Source: Callorhinchus milii
Taxonomy: Eukaryota
Reading direction: 5' to 3'
Assembly (NCBI RefSeq): GCF_018977255.1
Contig: NW_024704742.1
Location: 4,342,001 to 4,406,000, forward strand
Length of the DNA: 64,000 nucleotides
In this document: piece by piece, positions 13,845 to 26,417 of the stretch
Layout of the letters: each line of letters begins with the position of its first letter
Numbering within the stretch: position 1 is the first letter of the stretch
The notes under the pieces: model-generated
Databases searched by the model: none
What the model saw: the letters and a program-made list of their open reading frames with translations, nothing else
Told to the model about the DNA's origin: nothing
Position numbers and translations under genes: made by a program

Positions 13845-14030
13845 AATGCTCAGGCAGTTGAGTGGTAGGAGTTCGCAGAGGTAGGCAGCATCTGAAAGTG
13901 AGGACAAAGCATGAATTCAAGCCACAAGGGGATGGAGAGCCAGTTGAGCTGAGTGAAGACGGAGGTGATAGGCTCATGGAACCGGTGCAGGAGAGGACAC
14001 GAGCTGCAGAGATCTGGATGGAACAGGAGA
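13845..14030 (-). mobile_element. L2 fragment
   Basis: Encodes HEPITSVFTQLNWLSIPLWLEF, the L2 LHWLP region. Confidence 0.7.
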
Positions 14031-14689
14031 TTTTTTTCTGCGGATGCCAAAATCCTGGTTGATATTATAAAATAATCAGTCTCACATTTCCGTGAACCAC
14101 TCTGTGATTGTAAGCCTCCTGTAGTCGAACGGTAGGTACATTGTTTTAAAATTAAAACAAAATCCCATTGCTAACCTTCGAAAAGTTAAAACCAGATAAC
14201 AATGTAATTATTCTGCAAAGGTTCCCACAATTAGAACTGGTTTTCATCTGGGATTCATGCCAGAAGGGTTGTGAGGAGACCATTTATCTCTAAGTAATAA
14301 CTCCTCCTGTGACCTACCTTTTGACCCAGTTCTCCTTTGATGTGCTTCATCCACAAATGCAGTCTGATATTCCCACTGGAGATCTGTTCCGTTCCATAGA
14401 TGCCCTTTTACACCATTATAAAGTCTTCATTTTCATTCATATTTGCTGTGTTTATGGTTAATGAAATCAGTGTTTTGTTTGCCCCAAACCGCACAGTTAA
14501 ACAGAGACCATTGTAAATAAAAAGAATTGAAACAACACAACAAGAAATATTCTCAGTGGAAAGGACAATCTCATTGCTTTGATGGTAATGTTCGAAAAGA
14601 AACCTCAAAATGGCCATTAACATTTTTGTTATTGTTTTGTGATTGTTTTTAATGACCTTCTCAAAAGGTTCCATGCTAATCATCTTTGG

Positions 14690-15305
14690 TACCTTGGGCA
14701 ATCTTGTTGCTCATTTGCAACATCCACCCTCATCCTCGCTTTCATTGCATCCCGACTTGACTTTGCTAACTCCCTGCTCGCTGGACTTCCCAACTCTTCC
14801 CTCCCCATGTTGCAGATTATTCTGAACTCTGCAGCTTGTGTCCTCTCCCGCACTAAGATTTGTGAGCCCATCACCCCCATTCTTGCCGGGCCCCACTGGC
14901 TCCCCATCCCCCAGAGGATCGAGTTCAACATCCTTGTCCTCATCTTTAAAGCCCTCTACGTTCTTGCTCCTCCTTACCTCTGCAACTAGTAAAACTTCAC
15001 CAATCTGCTCTATGTCCCCCGCCCTACCTGCTCTGCTTTCGGAAGTTCAGCCTTGCTGCCCCCATCCTCTGGAACTCCATCCCAGAACCTGTTTCTGCCC
15101 ACTGATTTGCCTCCTTCAAGGCCCATCTCAAGACCTTCCTTTTCGACCATACCTTTGGTCATCATCCTTTCTCCTCTCCCTTGTTCTCTCCACCCCTCTC
15201 TGATCCCAACCCGAGGCTCGGGTGCAAAACCCTCATTGTCCAGCGTTATAAGACATCCTCCTGATGTGAAAGGCGCTATATCAATGCAATTTGTTGTTGT
15301 TGTTT
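14690..15305 (+). mobile_element. L2 3' fragment with tail
   Basis: [18 protein letters not shown]...LNSAACVL...[11 protein letters not shown], followed by the L2 stem-loop and (TTG)n. Confidence 0.9.
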
Positions 15306-15455
15306 TATTGCTATTCACTATCAGTGATTGAACAAAGTAAATAACAGAGGGCAATAACTAACTGTGTGGATAATAGCATAGTAAGGTCGATATTGAGTGG
15401 GAAACTGCAAATAAGCTAATTTGTGTAATTCCTGTAGTTTAGTGGTTAGAGCACG

Positions 15456-15786
15456 AATAATAATAATAATATAATAATAATCCTTGCATTTGATATAGCG
15501 CTTTTCACGTCAGGAGGACGTCCCAAAGCGCTTCACAGAACACACTGTAAAGTGAATTGACTGTATATTTGTGGGCGAACGCGGCAGCCAATTGCGCACA
15601 GCAATGTCCCACAAACAGTCGTAGATTGAAAATGACCAATTTAATTATTGTTTTTGGTTTTTTGGAGGGATTATTATTAGGCGTGTGGAGTAAGGAAACT
15701 TGCCCAAGGTTTCGCCCTGCCTGGAATTGAACTCAGGTCTCTCACTTGCAAAGCGAGTGCTCTACCCACTGAGCTACAGGACTCCA
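15456..15786 (-). mobile_element. tRNA(Ala)-derived SINE, young subfamily, full length
   Basis: Head GGAGTCCTGTAGCTCAGTGG (A box), CTCGC-TTTGCAA-GTGAG anticodon arm, GTTCAATTCC (B box), L2-like stem-loop and (TTA)n tail. Confidence 0.92.
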
Positions 15787-16214
15787 CAGATGTAGTTGTA
15801 TGGCTATTAGTGCACTATTGCTATAGAGTGGGAGAGAAAACAGAGGTCTGTCCTGTGCATGTGCCCTGAGCTCCTTGTATAAAGTACTGATTACTGGCTT
15901 CCGAACAAGATCGGCAGCTCTTTTTAGTTGCCATAAATTGGTGGTACAGCAGAAAGCTTGATTTTCTTTGTCTCTCAGCAAGTAAAATAGAGTAGGATGA
16001 ATGTTTCCGCTGTCACTGGAGTGCGGTGGTGAAACTGCCTAAAACCAAACAATCAGCTTCCGTACCTCTGACTGCGACAAGTTTTCTGTTGGAAATGACG
16101 GAGACCCTAATTTTGGTTTGCGGTGGGCTGAAGAGCTGAATTGGTTTGCTCTCACTGATGTCCTACGCTCCAACCACAGGGAAGGTAGTGGGCCCCAGCA
16201 ACAAATCCCAAGCT

Positions 16215-16690
16215 TGCTTCTCGCAAGCGAGAAGACATGGGTTCAAAACGTTAGTCAAGTTTCCTTACTCCTCACGCCTCTGTTTACCTAGCACTAAGTA
16301 GGAACCTGGTTGTTAGTCGATTGGCAAATCGCTTTTCCGGTGGTAATAATCCCCCAAAAAATAAATATAGAAAAAATAATAATAATTTGGTCATTTAATC
16401 CACAACTGTTTGTGGGAGACTACTCTGTGCAATTGGTTACCGCATTTCGCCCACAAAACATGCAATCAATTCACTTTACAGTATATTCTGACATCTAGAA
16501 AATGTGATAAGGAGCTGTATCAAATGCAAGGATTATTATTAATATTTACAGCAGAAATGGTACAGAGAAAAGATGATATGATAATTATCCTTGCATTTGA
16601 TATAGCGCCTTATCACGTCTTTGAAACGTCTCAACTCGCTTCACAGGATACACTGTAAAGTGAATTGACTATGTATTCTGTGGGCGAAAT
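16215..16690. mobile_element. SINE (+, ~16215-16542) followed tail-to-tail by a SINE 3' fragment (-, ~16581-16690)
   Basis: Shared body gtttacctagca..aagtaggaacc..gttagtcgattggc, and aatgcaaggattatt tails on both strands. Confidence 0.85.
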
Positions 16691-17539
16691 GATGGGGTCA
16701 AATTAGGTTTCCATTCGGATTTAGTGCCCTCTCCCCGTCCAATGCTAATTTCAATAGTACCAATCTGCAAAGACACTGGATTTCTGGCTCGTTGCTCATA
16801 GCGTTCCACTGCTGGTCAGTGGGAGATCGACTTTTTGTGACAATCTCAAACCTGAACTTCCATTCTACATTGTTTCATTCTGGTCATTAGAACCAGAGCT
16901 TAGTATTGTGTGTAACCTTGGAATGATTTTTTTTTATGCACATGAAAGCAATCAGACAGCTCAGCGCACAGCAGAGATCACATCTGGGACCTTCGCTGTC
17001 TTTGTGGCTCAGGTCTGAGCAGGGTCTTTTTATCAAACCGAGCTTTATTTTTTTTCCTCTTTTAGTAAATTTGTTGGGAATTATAGAAGTCAACCATCAG
17101 TACATTTACTGACAAGCAGAAAACCACTGTTGCAAACTGACGTTTGTGGAATTGAGCTTAATTCATCCTTTATTTTATTTTACAGATGATCCCTAAGGGG
17201 TTACTTTCATAAAGAGGTTATTTGAGCTTGACTGTGACAAAGGTAGATTAACACACAGTTAATGGCTAAGTCATTCCCAAGTTTATGACCTTTTTTGTGT
17301 GATATTTTATTGAATTTTGTTGCAAACCTCTTGATTTTGATTGGCTATACATGTAAATCAAATGCAAGGATTATTATTAGTAGTAGTAGTCAGAAATGGG
17401 AAGAGGGCTATGACAAAACACATTTTATCAGCGGGGGTAAAATTGTGTTCTTTTAATTCATTCTTTCTGGGGGATATGAGAAAACTCAAGTATTCTAATT
17501 GGGGAAATCTGGTGAAAACTGAGCCAAGAAGAAAGTAAG

Positions 17540-18490
17540 GTTTCCTTACTCCACACGCCTCTGTTTACCCAGCAATAAATAGTAACCCGGTTGTTAGTCG
17601 ATTGGCGGATTGCTTTTCCGGGGGTAATAATTCCTTCATATAAATAATAATAATTTGGTCACTCATTCCACGACTGTCTGTGGGACACTGCTGTACACAA
17701 TTGGCTGCCGTGTTTCGCCCACAAAATATACAATCAATTCACTTTACAGCATATTCGGTGAAGCGCTTTGAGACGTCTCGAAAACCCGATAAGGCGATGT
17801 ATCAAATGCAAGGATTATTATTGTGATTATACAGGGGAACCTCATTATAAAGCTCTTTGATAGAGGGCTGCCTTGTAGACAGTACATCTGATATCACTTC
17901 CATCGCAAAGTGATGCCAATGGTGCTTCCTGTGTGTAGTAAGCAGGAAGTAACATTAGATGGTGACCTAATGACTACTTTCTCACTCTTTGTTTTAGAGT
18001 GGGAAGTTGGCTCGTCAACACCAGAAGCCAAATTTACCAGTTAGTGCAGATCCACGATAGACAAAACAGCACTATCAAAGGGCATTATAATGGGGTTCCC
18101 CTTCATAATAATAATGCTTGCATTTGATATGGCGCCTTATCAAGTCTTTGAGATGTCTCAAAGTGCTTCACAGGATATCATGTAAAGTGAATTGACTGCA
18201 TGTTTTGTGAGCGAAACCTCACCTAGCAATTAAGTAGGAACCCAGTTGTTTACTCGATTGGCGGATCGCTTTTCTGGGGGTAAGAATTCCTTCAAAAGAA
18301 ATAAAAATAATTTGGACACTCAATCCACGACTGTTTGTGGGGACGCTGCTGTGCACAATTGGCTGCCGCGTTTCGCCCACAAAGCGGACAGACAATCCAC
18401 TTTACGGTATATTCTGTGAATCGTTTTGATATGTCTCAACGACGTGATAAGGCGCCTATATCAAATGCAAAAATTCTTCTTCTTATTATA
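17540..18490. mobile_element. Cluster of three SINE copies (+ 17540-17825, - 18106-18215, + 18218-18490)
   Basis: Repeated ctgtttgtggga..ctgctgtg..caattggctgccg..tttcgcccacaaa core and tails. Confidence 0.85.
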
Positions 18491-20369
18491 ACAACCAGTT
18501 TTGTTGTCTGAGGCTTCCACCGACTGGCTTCCCACTGGCACCAGTTCCAATTATACTCCCTTTGACTTCTCTACCGTGGATCTTCTCTTTGGCTTCTCTT
18601 AGCCCAGTCTACTCCTCAGCAGGGATTCCTGGGCTTGCTCGTTAACAGAGTGATGTTCCTCCAGACCTCTCGTTGGTCCTGTGTTCAGAGGTCACCATTG
18701 ACTTGTGACAGCCAAGAGATCCTTCCTCAGCCTTGATACATTCACACCACAAAACTATCACTGCATTAAACGCATGAGTTCAAAGGGACTGGGATGGTCT
18801 GAATAGATGATAGTGGTCCTGTGGTTGAATGCAGTTTAATAATACTTATAAGCTTTTCACGTCAGGACGTCTTGAAGAGCTTCACAGGATATACAGGTTT
18901 TACTGTAAGATGTGGTCATATATTGGGATAAAGTTGGTGACATTTCATACTGCATTTTGTGTGATAAGTAACTTAAGGAATACATCAAGAAATTCTGTAA
19001 TCACCATCCCCGAGTCTCTCCTGGTGTCCTGGCTAACAATTCTTGTTAGATAAAATTGGTCATCCACTTCATGGGTGTTTGTGGGATACTGCTCTGTGCC
19101 AATTGGCTGCTGAGTTCAGCTAACCCACGTGTAGGGCGCTATATCAATGCAAGTTGTTGTTGTTGTTGAGTTCGACCATACAATACACAGTCACTGCAAT
19201 TTACGGTATATCTTAGGACATTCTTTGACATGTCACCGAATGCGAAAGGTGCTACATTAAACACAAAGTATTATTGTTATCTGTTATTTTACGCCGGTGA
19301 TAACTGATCTATTAATCAGCCTCAGCCCAGCGATCTTCAATGTTTGTTTCAGTGTCACACATCCAGAAACCAAATCAAAAATATTTGGTTTCCTGCGGTT
19401 TTTTTTCCAATCCGTATTTCAGAACGTCGGGAGTGGGAGCCAGTGGCAGTCAAGGTACACATACTGTGGAGTTCCCAGAAGTTGGAACCAGTTGGATTAA
19501 TGCCACAGATAGTGTTGGTCTGAAGAGGTTCTTATTCTCCCTGTTAGCCTCTTGATATTCCCTCTCTGTGTGATTTCCTGGATGTTGTAAAGACACTATC
19601 TTGGCTTTATTGCCTCTGCTGATGGAATCTTTGATGTTTTATTGTCGACATCAGCAAAAGTGTGACTGAGGTTCAGTAAATCTGAACGTGAGGGTCGAAT
19701 GCTTGTCATAGAATTCCTTAAAAACCCTGAAATGTGGTGTCATTATTAATAACTGGTGGAGAGGCAGAAAAATAAAACCATGGTCTCCCTGAAAAGATCT
19801 ATGTGATCCAGTCAGTGTTGTATGTTCCTTCAATATGTTATCATTCTAACACGTAGAGCAGCTAAAGGTCAGACATATAACTCCTTGAGTACCGATGTTC
19901 CCTGACAAGCTACAAGTGTTTTTTTTTAGTGCCTCACATCTGGAATGAGGTAACAGTTTGAGATTGGTAGTTTTTGGTTTGATCTGATCCCAGTTAACCC
20001 ATCAGGCCTTGGTCAGACAGGAAAACTGCTGCTTCCTGGCTTACTTAGCTACAGCATGAACATGGCTTTATTCCTAATTTTACATTGTCATTGGGGATAA
20101 TATAAAAACCCTTTCGAGTGTGCACACAGATACAGAGAGAGACATATATTTATACAGTATATATATTTAGACACTCGTACATGTACAGCTGCAAATATAC
20201 ATAGAGCGCATACAAATCCATGCAAATATAGGCAAATGCAAATCGAAGGATGTATATAAAGACAAGTGCGCACACATACAAATGTAAAAGCGAACAGACA
20301 AGCACAGATGTAGGTGTCTACAGGTTATGACACGGATCATAAAGGTTTTTTTTCACAATTAGATAGAAG

Positions 20370-20850
20370 TGCCCTGTAGAATGTTAGTTCATCTCCATCT
20401 GTACCCATCCCTACATCGTTACTATACATGCTCTCAAGCAGGAACTAATCCACTTATTTTTTGAAGCGGATAAACAACACAGCATCAGCTATTTTGTCAG
20501 GTGCCTGTTCCACATATTCACTACCTGTATGTAAAAAAAAAACCTTTCTAATCACTAGTTCTCCTTGAGGTGTTATAATTTGAAACCTATGTCCTCTTGT
20601 AGTCCTATGCTCTCATGGTCCAAGTGAAATAATTGATTTACAACTGAATCAATTAAGCATTATAGCATTTTAAAAGATGTAAATCATGTTGCCCCCTATC
20701 AGTCTTCTTTGCTCCAATGAAAACATGTTCAGCTGTGTGAGCATCCTCCGCATGGTTTAAAGCTCTGAATCCTTGAATCATTATTATTGTTCTACTCTGG
20801 ACCTTTTGCAAAGCTTCAATGTCTTTTTGAAGGTAGGGTGCTCAAACTGC
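20370..20850 (-). mobile_element. Degenerate CR1 3' fragment
   Basis: ttccacatattcactacc...cttctttgctccaatgaaaac...ctctggacc...gtagggtgctcaaactgc pattern. Confidence 0.6.
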
Positions 20851-22029
20851 GCGCACCCGGCTCTAAAACACAGTCTTACCTGGATGTAAATGTACTACCT
20901 GAGTTTGTAAATATTGAATCCTACCGGTAACCAGATGTGCTCTCTGACAATCAATCCACTTCTCCTTGTGTTGTGTCCGGGATGTCCTCCCGACGTGAAA
21001 GGCGCAATACAAATATCATTTTGTTGTTGTTGATGTTGTTGTCTGAGCGGAGTTCCTGTGAATCGGGGTGACCCACATCCGTTTACTGTCAGAATTTAGG
21101 ATTTGCCAATTTTCTGTGAATCCAAGTTGCAGTTCCAGTTTAGATCCCACTCCTCCAATAGATCCCATTCCACCTTACAACTGACCAGTAAAAGGTTATA
21201 ATAACCTCTTTCAACATACAGTCAGAAGCTCGTGAAATCAACCCAGCATTTAATTAGCTGTGTTAACAGTAGTTTTGCAATGATTGGAAACCTCCAGTGC
21301 AATGATCAATATCCAGAGCCAAGTTATTTTCCTTCTCCACCTCTTCTAATGGACGCTCCTTCAGTACCTATACAGGTGCATACTGTGTGCTCTTCCAATA
21401 TGGGTCAGAATGTGTTTGTCTACATACAAATCCATTTGCCACCTCTTGGCCCATACCCTTAATTGGTCCAGATGTTCTTCAATCCTATGCATTCTTACGT
21501 TCCTCCTCTGCCTTCACACAATAGTTTAGTGTCATTAGCACGTTTATAATGTGAAAATAATTGCTGTCCTCCAGCTCATTTTATGAACAACGTGAGCTGA
21601 AGGGAACCCAGGTCACTACCTTAGATTGAGCTTTTCCCATTATTTATTATTTTCAGTTTCCCAAATGCTGAACCCTATTTATCATCTAACCGGCTATTCT
21701 TTCATTAATTCCATGAGCTGTGACTCTGTCTAAAAGTCTTTCTTGTGGAGACTAATGTGATGAGACTGGTGATTATCTCCATTGCATAATTCCCCACCCA
21801 CGGGTTTGGTTAAATAATAAATAATAATCAATACGCTCGATAATAGCATTTTACACGTGGGGAGGATGCTTCACAGCATATGCGACACCAACAACTTGCA
21901 TTTATATAGTGCCCCTCATGTAGGGTAGTGTCCCAGAGCGCTCGTGGAAATTAACCCCATGATATCATGTATGCTTTTGTATTACCTACATTACAACTGT
22001 AAGCAACCTTCAACATTTAAAATATTAAT

Positions 22030-22222
22030 TAAAATAATAATAACAATTTGGTCACTCAATCCACGACTGTTTGTGGAGACGCTGCTGTGCGAAATTGGCT
22101 GCTGCGTTTCGCCCACAAAATAAATATGCAGTCAATTCACTTTACAGTATATTCTGTGAAGCGCTTTGAGACGTCTCAAAGACGTGATAAGGCGCTATAT
22201 CAAATGCAAGGATCATTATTAC
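22030..22222 (+). mobile_element. SINE 3' half
   Basis: Core plus agcgctttgagacgtctcaaagacgtgataaggcgct tail. Confidence 0.88.
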
Positions 22223-22227
22223 TGATA

Positions 22228-22440
22228 AAAAGGAGAGGGCTGAGGATAGAGCCTTGGGGTACACCACAGGCGACTGTGTGGGGACGAGAGGAGAAACCAT
22301 TAGAGGAGATGAAATAGTGGCGGTGGGTCAGGTAGAACTCGAACCAGGAAAGTGCTGTCCCACTAAGGTGGATGAGGGAGGAGAAGCAGACTAGGAGGAC
22401 GGCATACATAGTCCACTGTGTCAAAAGCAGCGGAGACACA
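22228..22440 (-). mobile_element. L2 RT fragment
   Basis: LSGTALSWF...[15 protein letters not shown]. Confidence 0.85.
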
Positions 22441-22877
22441 GCCTAAGCCAAGGGGCTCTGCCCGGCTGATATTTTGTGCATCTTGAACTTAAAATATAAA
22501 CGTTGTTGTTTAATCTGTGCTAAATATCTCTCCTTCCTCTTGTCCTTATTGAGCATGTGCGGGAGGTCACCCAGAAGCGATCAACCAGTTGGTCTAAAGA
22601 TTCTGCTTAATCCTGAGCTCCAAAACTGGTCCATTTCTAAGACTGCATTCTTCCTCCTCCGATACATTGCCTATTTACTCTCTTGCCTCACCTGCGTTGT
22701 TGTCAAAATCTTTATTACCTTGAGGATTTTTTTTTCCTCAAAGGCCTCTCAGCTCCACCGTGTAAAAGTTTTAGCTCATCTGCAGTTCTGCGGTCCAAAT
22801 TCTCCAGCTTGTACTGTCTGCTCATCTGACTCTCCTCTGTTTCTGCTCTACTGATATTAACTTGTTTTGGGTTTACA

Positions 22878-23230
22878 ACACAATACAAAATGACATTTGT
22901 AAAGCGCCTTTCATGTTGGGAGGACGTCCCAAGGTGCTGGACTGCCAGGGATTTGAACCCGAGCGGGCGGTGTTGGGAACAGGGAGGGTGGAGGGCAGGG
23001 AGGGTTAGGAGTGGGGTGGCCGAAGGCGCAGTCGAAGAGGAGGGTCTTGAGACGTGCCTTGAAGGAGGCAAGCGAGGGAGCGAGGAGAAGGGAGTGTGGG
23101 ATGGAGTTCCAAAGGGTGGGGTCAGAGAGCCTGAAGGTCCGACCTCTGATGGTAGAGCCGGGCGGGGGATGTGGAGAGGGCTGGAGCCTGCTGAGTGGAT
23201 GGAGCGGACAGGTTGATATGGGGTTAGCAG
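22878..23230 (-). mobile_element. L2 3' end
   Basis: DLLTPYQPVRSIHSA similarity to the L2 C-terminus, plus the stem-loop tail at ~22900-22940. Confidence 0.85.
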
Positions 23231-25413
23231 GTCACAGCGGTCGGAAGGATTTGTTCCATTGGATGTTGAAAGAGCAAAATAATTGGCCACTGTTTTAAAA
23301 TGATAGAGCAATGCTATTAAGAACTCAACGGTATAATTCTGACCACACACCTAACTGCAGGGCAAACAGGGAGCACTTGATTTTATGGAAGAGGGGGAGA
23401 AGTTTGTGATATGAAATTCCTATACTTTCCCCCCCCACCCCCCCGCATCACTCCTGTCACAAACAGGACACGTGAACAACTGTTGATAGACAGCCAGTGC
23501 CGGCAATGTCTGATCACCAGCAGCTCTTTCTCTTTTCTCTCTCTGACTTTTCTGCTGTGCCCCACTTATAATCCAATGCACTCTTGTTATTTGGGTATAA
23601 CATGGCCTGTTATATCCATAGGAATGGATTTTATGTGTTTTGTTCTCTTAAATGGATTTAGCGAGCCGACTGTTATGCAGGCAACTGTAAAGTAATTAGG
23701 TTATTTATCATGAGAGTGCTTTTACTGTTCATTTAGTAATGCTGTACTTTAGACGAGATGTATATATGGATAGATGCTGACCATTGGAAACTAGCTTTCA
23801 GGACATTGAACTCTGCTGAGAATCTGTGTTCAGTACTTATGCTCCCGAAATGTAATTTTGCCTAACAAGTAGGGAGACTTGTGATATGCATTTAATTGGA
23901 GTTTTGAGTGGAATTAATGACCGTGGCTGCCTGTGTGTGTGTGTGTCCCTGTATGACTGATGTCTTTTGTAAATAAGGTCATTTATCACACAAAGGCAGA
24001 AATAGTATTTTTTTTGTCCCCATAAGATGAAAACAGTTCAGCAGTTTTAAAAACGTGAGATTTTTTTCCGCCAAACGAACAAGGCTCACAGTTTCTGAAC
24101 TGACAAGCTAGAATTTGTTGTGAATGACGTGAAGTGAGTGTTTATTGCCTCCCGAGGAAGCAAATCACCAAAAATAGCAATGAAATAAACAGGTAGGAGA
24201 AAGAAGAAAAGCACTACAAAGAGAGATAGACGTGGCCTTTCTTATTCTACTGAGCAGCACAAAACAAACCTTTTTTGTGGAGTTTGCTACAGTTTCATAG
24301 CATTAATACATTTCTTTAAATTGTTCTTTCATTCAGAAGGATCTGATTGCACTCCTTGTCTTTTAGATCTGTTCTGTGCAGGGTTCTGTAAATTACCAGC
24401 TTGTTCACTTCCATAAAATAATAACTTTTGAACAAAGGAATGTCTGAATTAAACTCAAGAGCTAAGGACCTTGCTTTAGATTAGATGGTAAGTCAACAGC
24501 CACAGTGCCTGCCCCAGTGGACAATAAAGATCTTCTTGTAGATGGCAGGAGATAGTTTGTGTTTCTGGGCCAATGTTAAATTCAAGAAAACCCTTGCAGT
24601 GCACTACTTCTCTTTCAGTGAATTGCAGTATAAAAACATTCAGTCTTAAGGGGTTGGCTTGCTTAAATACCTAAAGTTGTAGATTGGTTCAGCAGAAGTC
24701 AGTTTAAGCCAGTTGCTCTGCTGAACTAGGTTGAATTGTAGTTTGGAAAGAGATGCAATGAACATTCAAAGCTCTGGGTTACAATAGGATTTTTTGGGTC
24801 AGCTGGAGGTCTGCTGACCCATGTGGAAACTTATTACCGTGCTTAAGAGTATTCAAATCAAATTACTCATGGTTCCTCATGTGCATCCCACCTACATGTG
24901 GAAATGTCTCTGCGTTTGGAGTGGAATGCTATCTCCCCGGAGGGACGCACCTTGCTTACTAAATTCGGAGAGGAATAGGCACACGTTGGCGAGAGCCAAG
25001 ACTCAGCGATCCAGGACAATGATTTTGGGGTTCAGCTGGAGTTTAAACAGCTAAAACCACAATTGGCAATACTCCACCCATTTGGGCTTTTGCTCGCAGG
25101 GTTAACAGGAGCTGAGTGGGAAGAATCCCTGCCTTCCAGTGACTGGTCTGACTCTTAAAGTTGTGCTGAAGAGCCAGGCTGGGCTGTACTGTCATCAGCA
25201 GCGCTCTAGAAAACCCTGGACCCGCCTGGCTCAGGAACCAGACTACCAAGACCGCCCCCGAGGGTAGAAAGGAATGACGTAATGCAATACGCTTCTCTTG
25301 GAAATCTTGACAATAGGACAATCTGTGTCATTATTGTATTATCCTAGTTGAATCTCTTTCTCCAAATCTGGGTAATCATTGAATACAACCCAGACTTGTC
25401 ACTTAAATCAGAC

Positions 25414-25415
<2 letters not shown>

Positions 25416-25485
<70 letters not shown>
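25416..25485. repeat. (ATT)n microsatellite, ~23 units
   Basis: Pure triplet run. Confidence 0.97.
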
Positions 25486-25486
<1 letters not shown>

Positions 25487-25526
25487 GTTAGAATGTGAGG
25501 TACCCACTCATACCACTGTTAGTATC

Positions 25527-25860
25527 AACCTGTCCGCTCCCTCTGCTCAGCAGGCTCCTGCCTGCTCCACGTCCCGCTCTCGCCCCGCCCTACCATCGTC
25601 GGTCGGGCCTTCAGCCTCTCTGCTTCCACCTTTTGGAACTCCATCCCACATTTCCTTCGCCTCGCTCCCTTCCTTGCCTTCTTCAAGGCACGTCTCAAGG
25701 CCCTCCTCTTCGACCGCGCCATTGGCCACACTCCTACCCTCTCTTTTCCCGCCACCCTCCCTGATCCCAAACCCGCCTGCTCGGGCCCAAATTCTTGACC
25801 GTCCAACGCCTTAGGACATCCACCTGATGTGAAAGGCGCTTTAGAAATGTAGTTTTGTAT
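25527..25860 (+). mobile_element. L2 3' end
   Basis: cctaccatcgtcggtcgggccttcagc...ttcaaggcacgtctcaag, followed by the L2 tail stem-loop. Confidence 0.85.
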
Positions 25861-26192
25861 TTAATTTCATACATTATCACCGTTTTTAAAATGTGAAATT
25901 ATCAGGCGTTTCTGATGGAAATGGATCTGGTTGAGAGACCTGAAAATGAGCCGAGTCCTGACCAAATCGAGATAAACTGGGGATAGGAGAGTTAGAGTCT
26001 GCAGGAAATCCTAGTCTGAGAATCGTGGAGACTTGAATTTCCCAGAAGTAAGGTGGTCAGAGCAGAAATAGCAAGAGGGGAGGGTGAACATACAACAATT
26101 CACGTAGGGGTTATCAGTGACTTGACACAAGTAGAGTGCAGAACAGATGCTGTATTAGTTAGATGTAGTGCTTCACTAACACTAGAACTGAT

Positions 26193-26195
<3 letters not shown>

Positions 26196-26223
<28 letters not shown>

Positions 26224-26417
26224 CCTTGCATTTGATATAGCGCTTTTCACGTCAGGAGGACGTCCCAAAGCGCTTCACAGAACACACTGTAAAGTGAATT
26301 GACTGTATATTTGTGGGCGAACGCGGCAGCCAATTGCGCACAGCAATGTCCCACAAACAGTCATGGGTTGAAAATGACCAATTTATTATTGTTTTTTTGG
26401 TTTTGGAGGGATTATTA
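26196..26417 (-). mobile_element. Same SINE, 5'-truncated
   Basis: Near-identical to the 3' half of the 15456 copy. Confidence 0.9.

Noticed and set aside
20220..20243. Two ATGCAAAT octamers
   Set aside because: They lie in low-complexity AT/CA-rich sequence, and several chance hits are expected in 64 kb.
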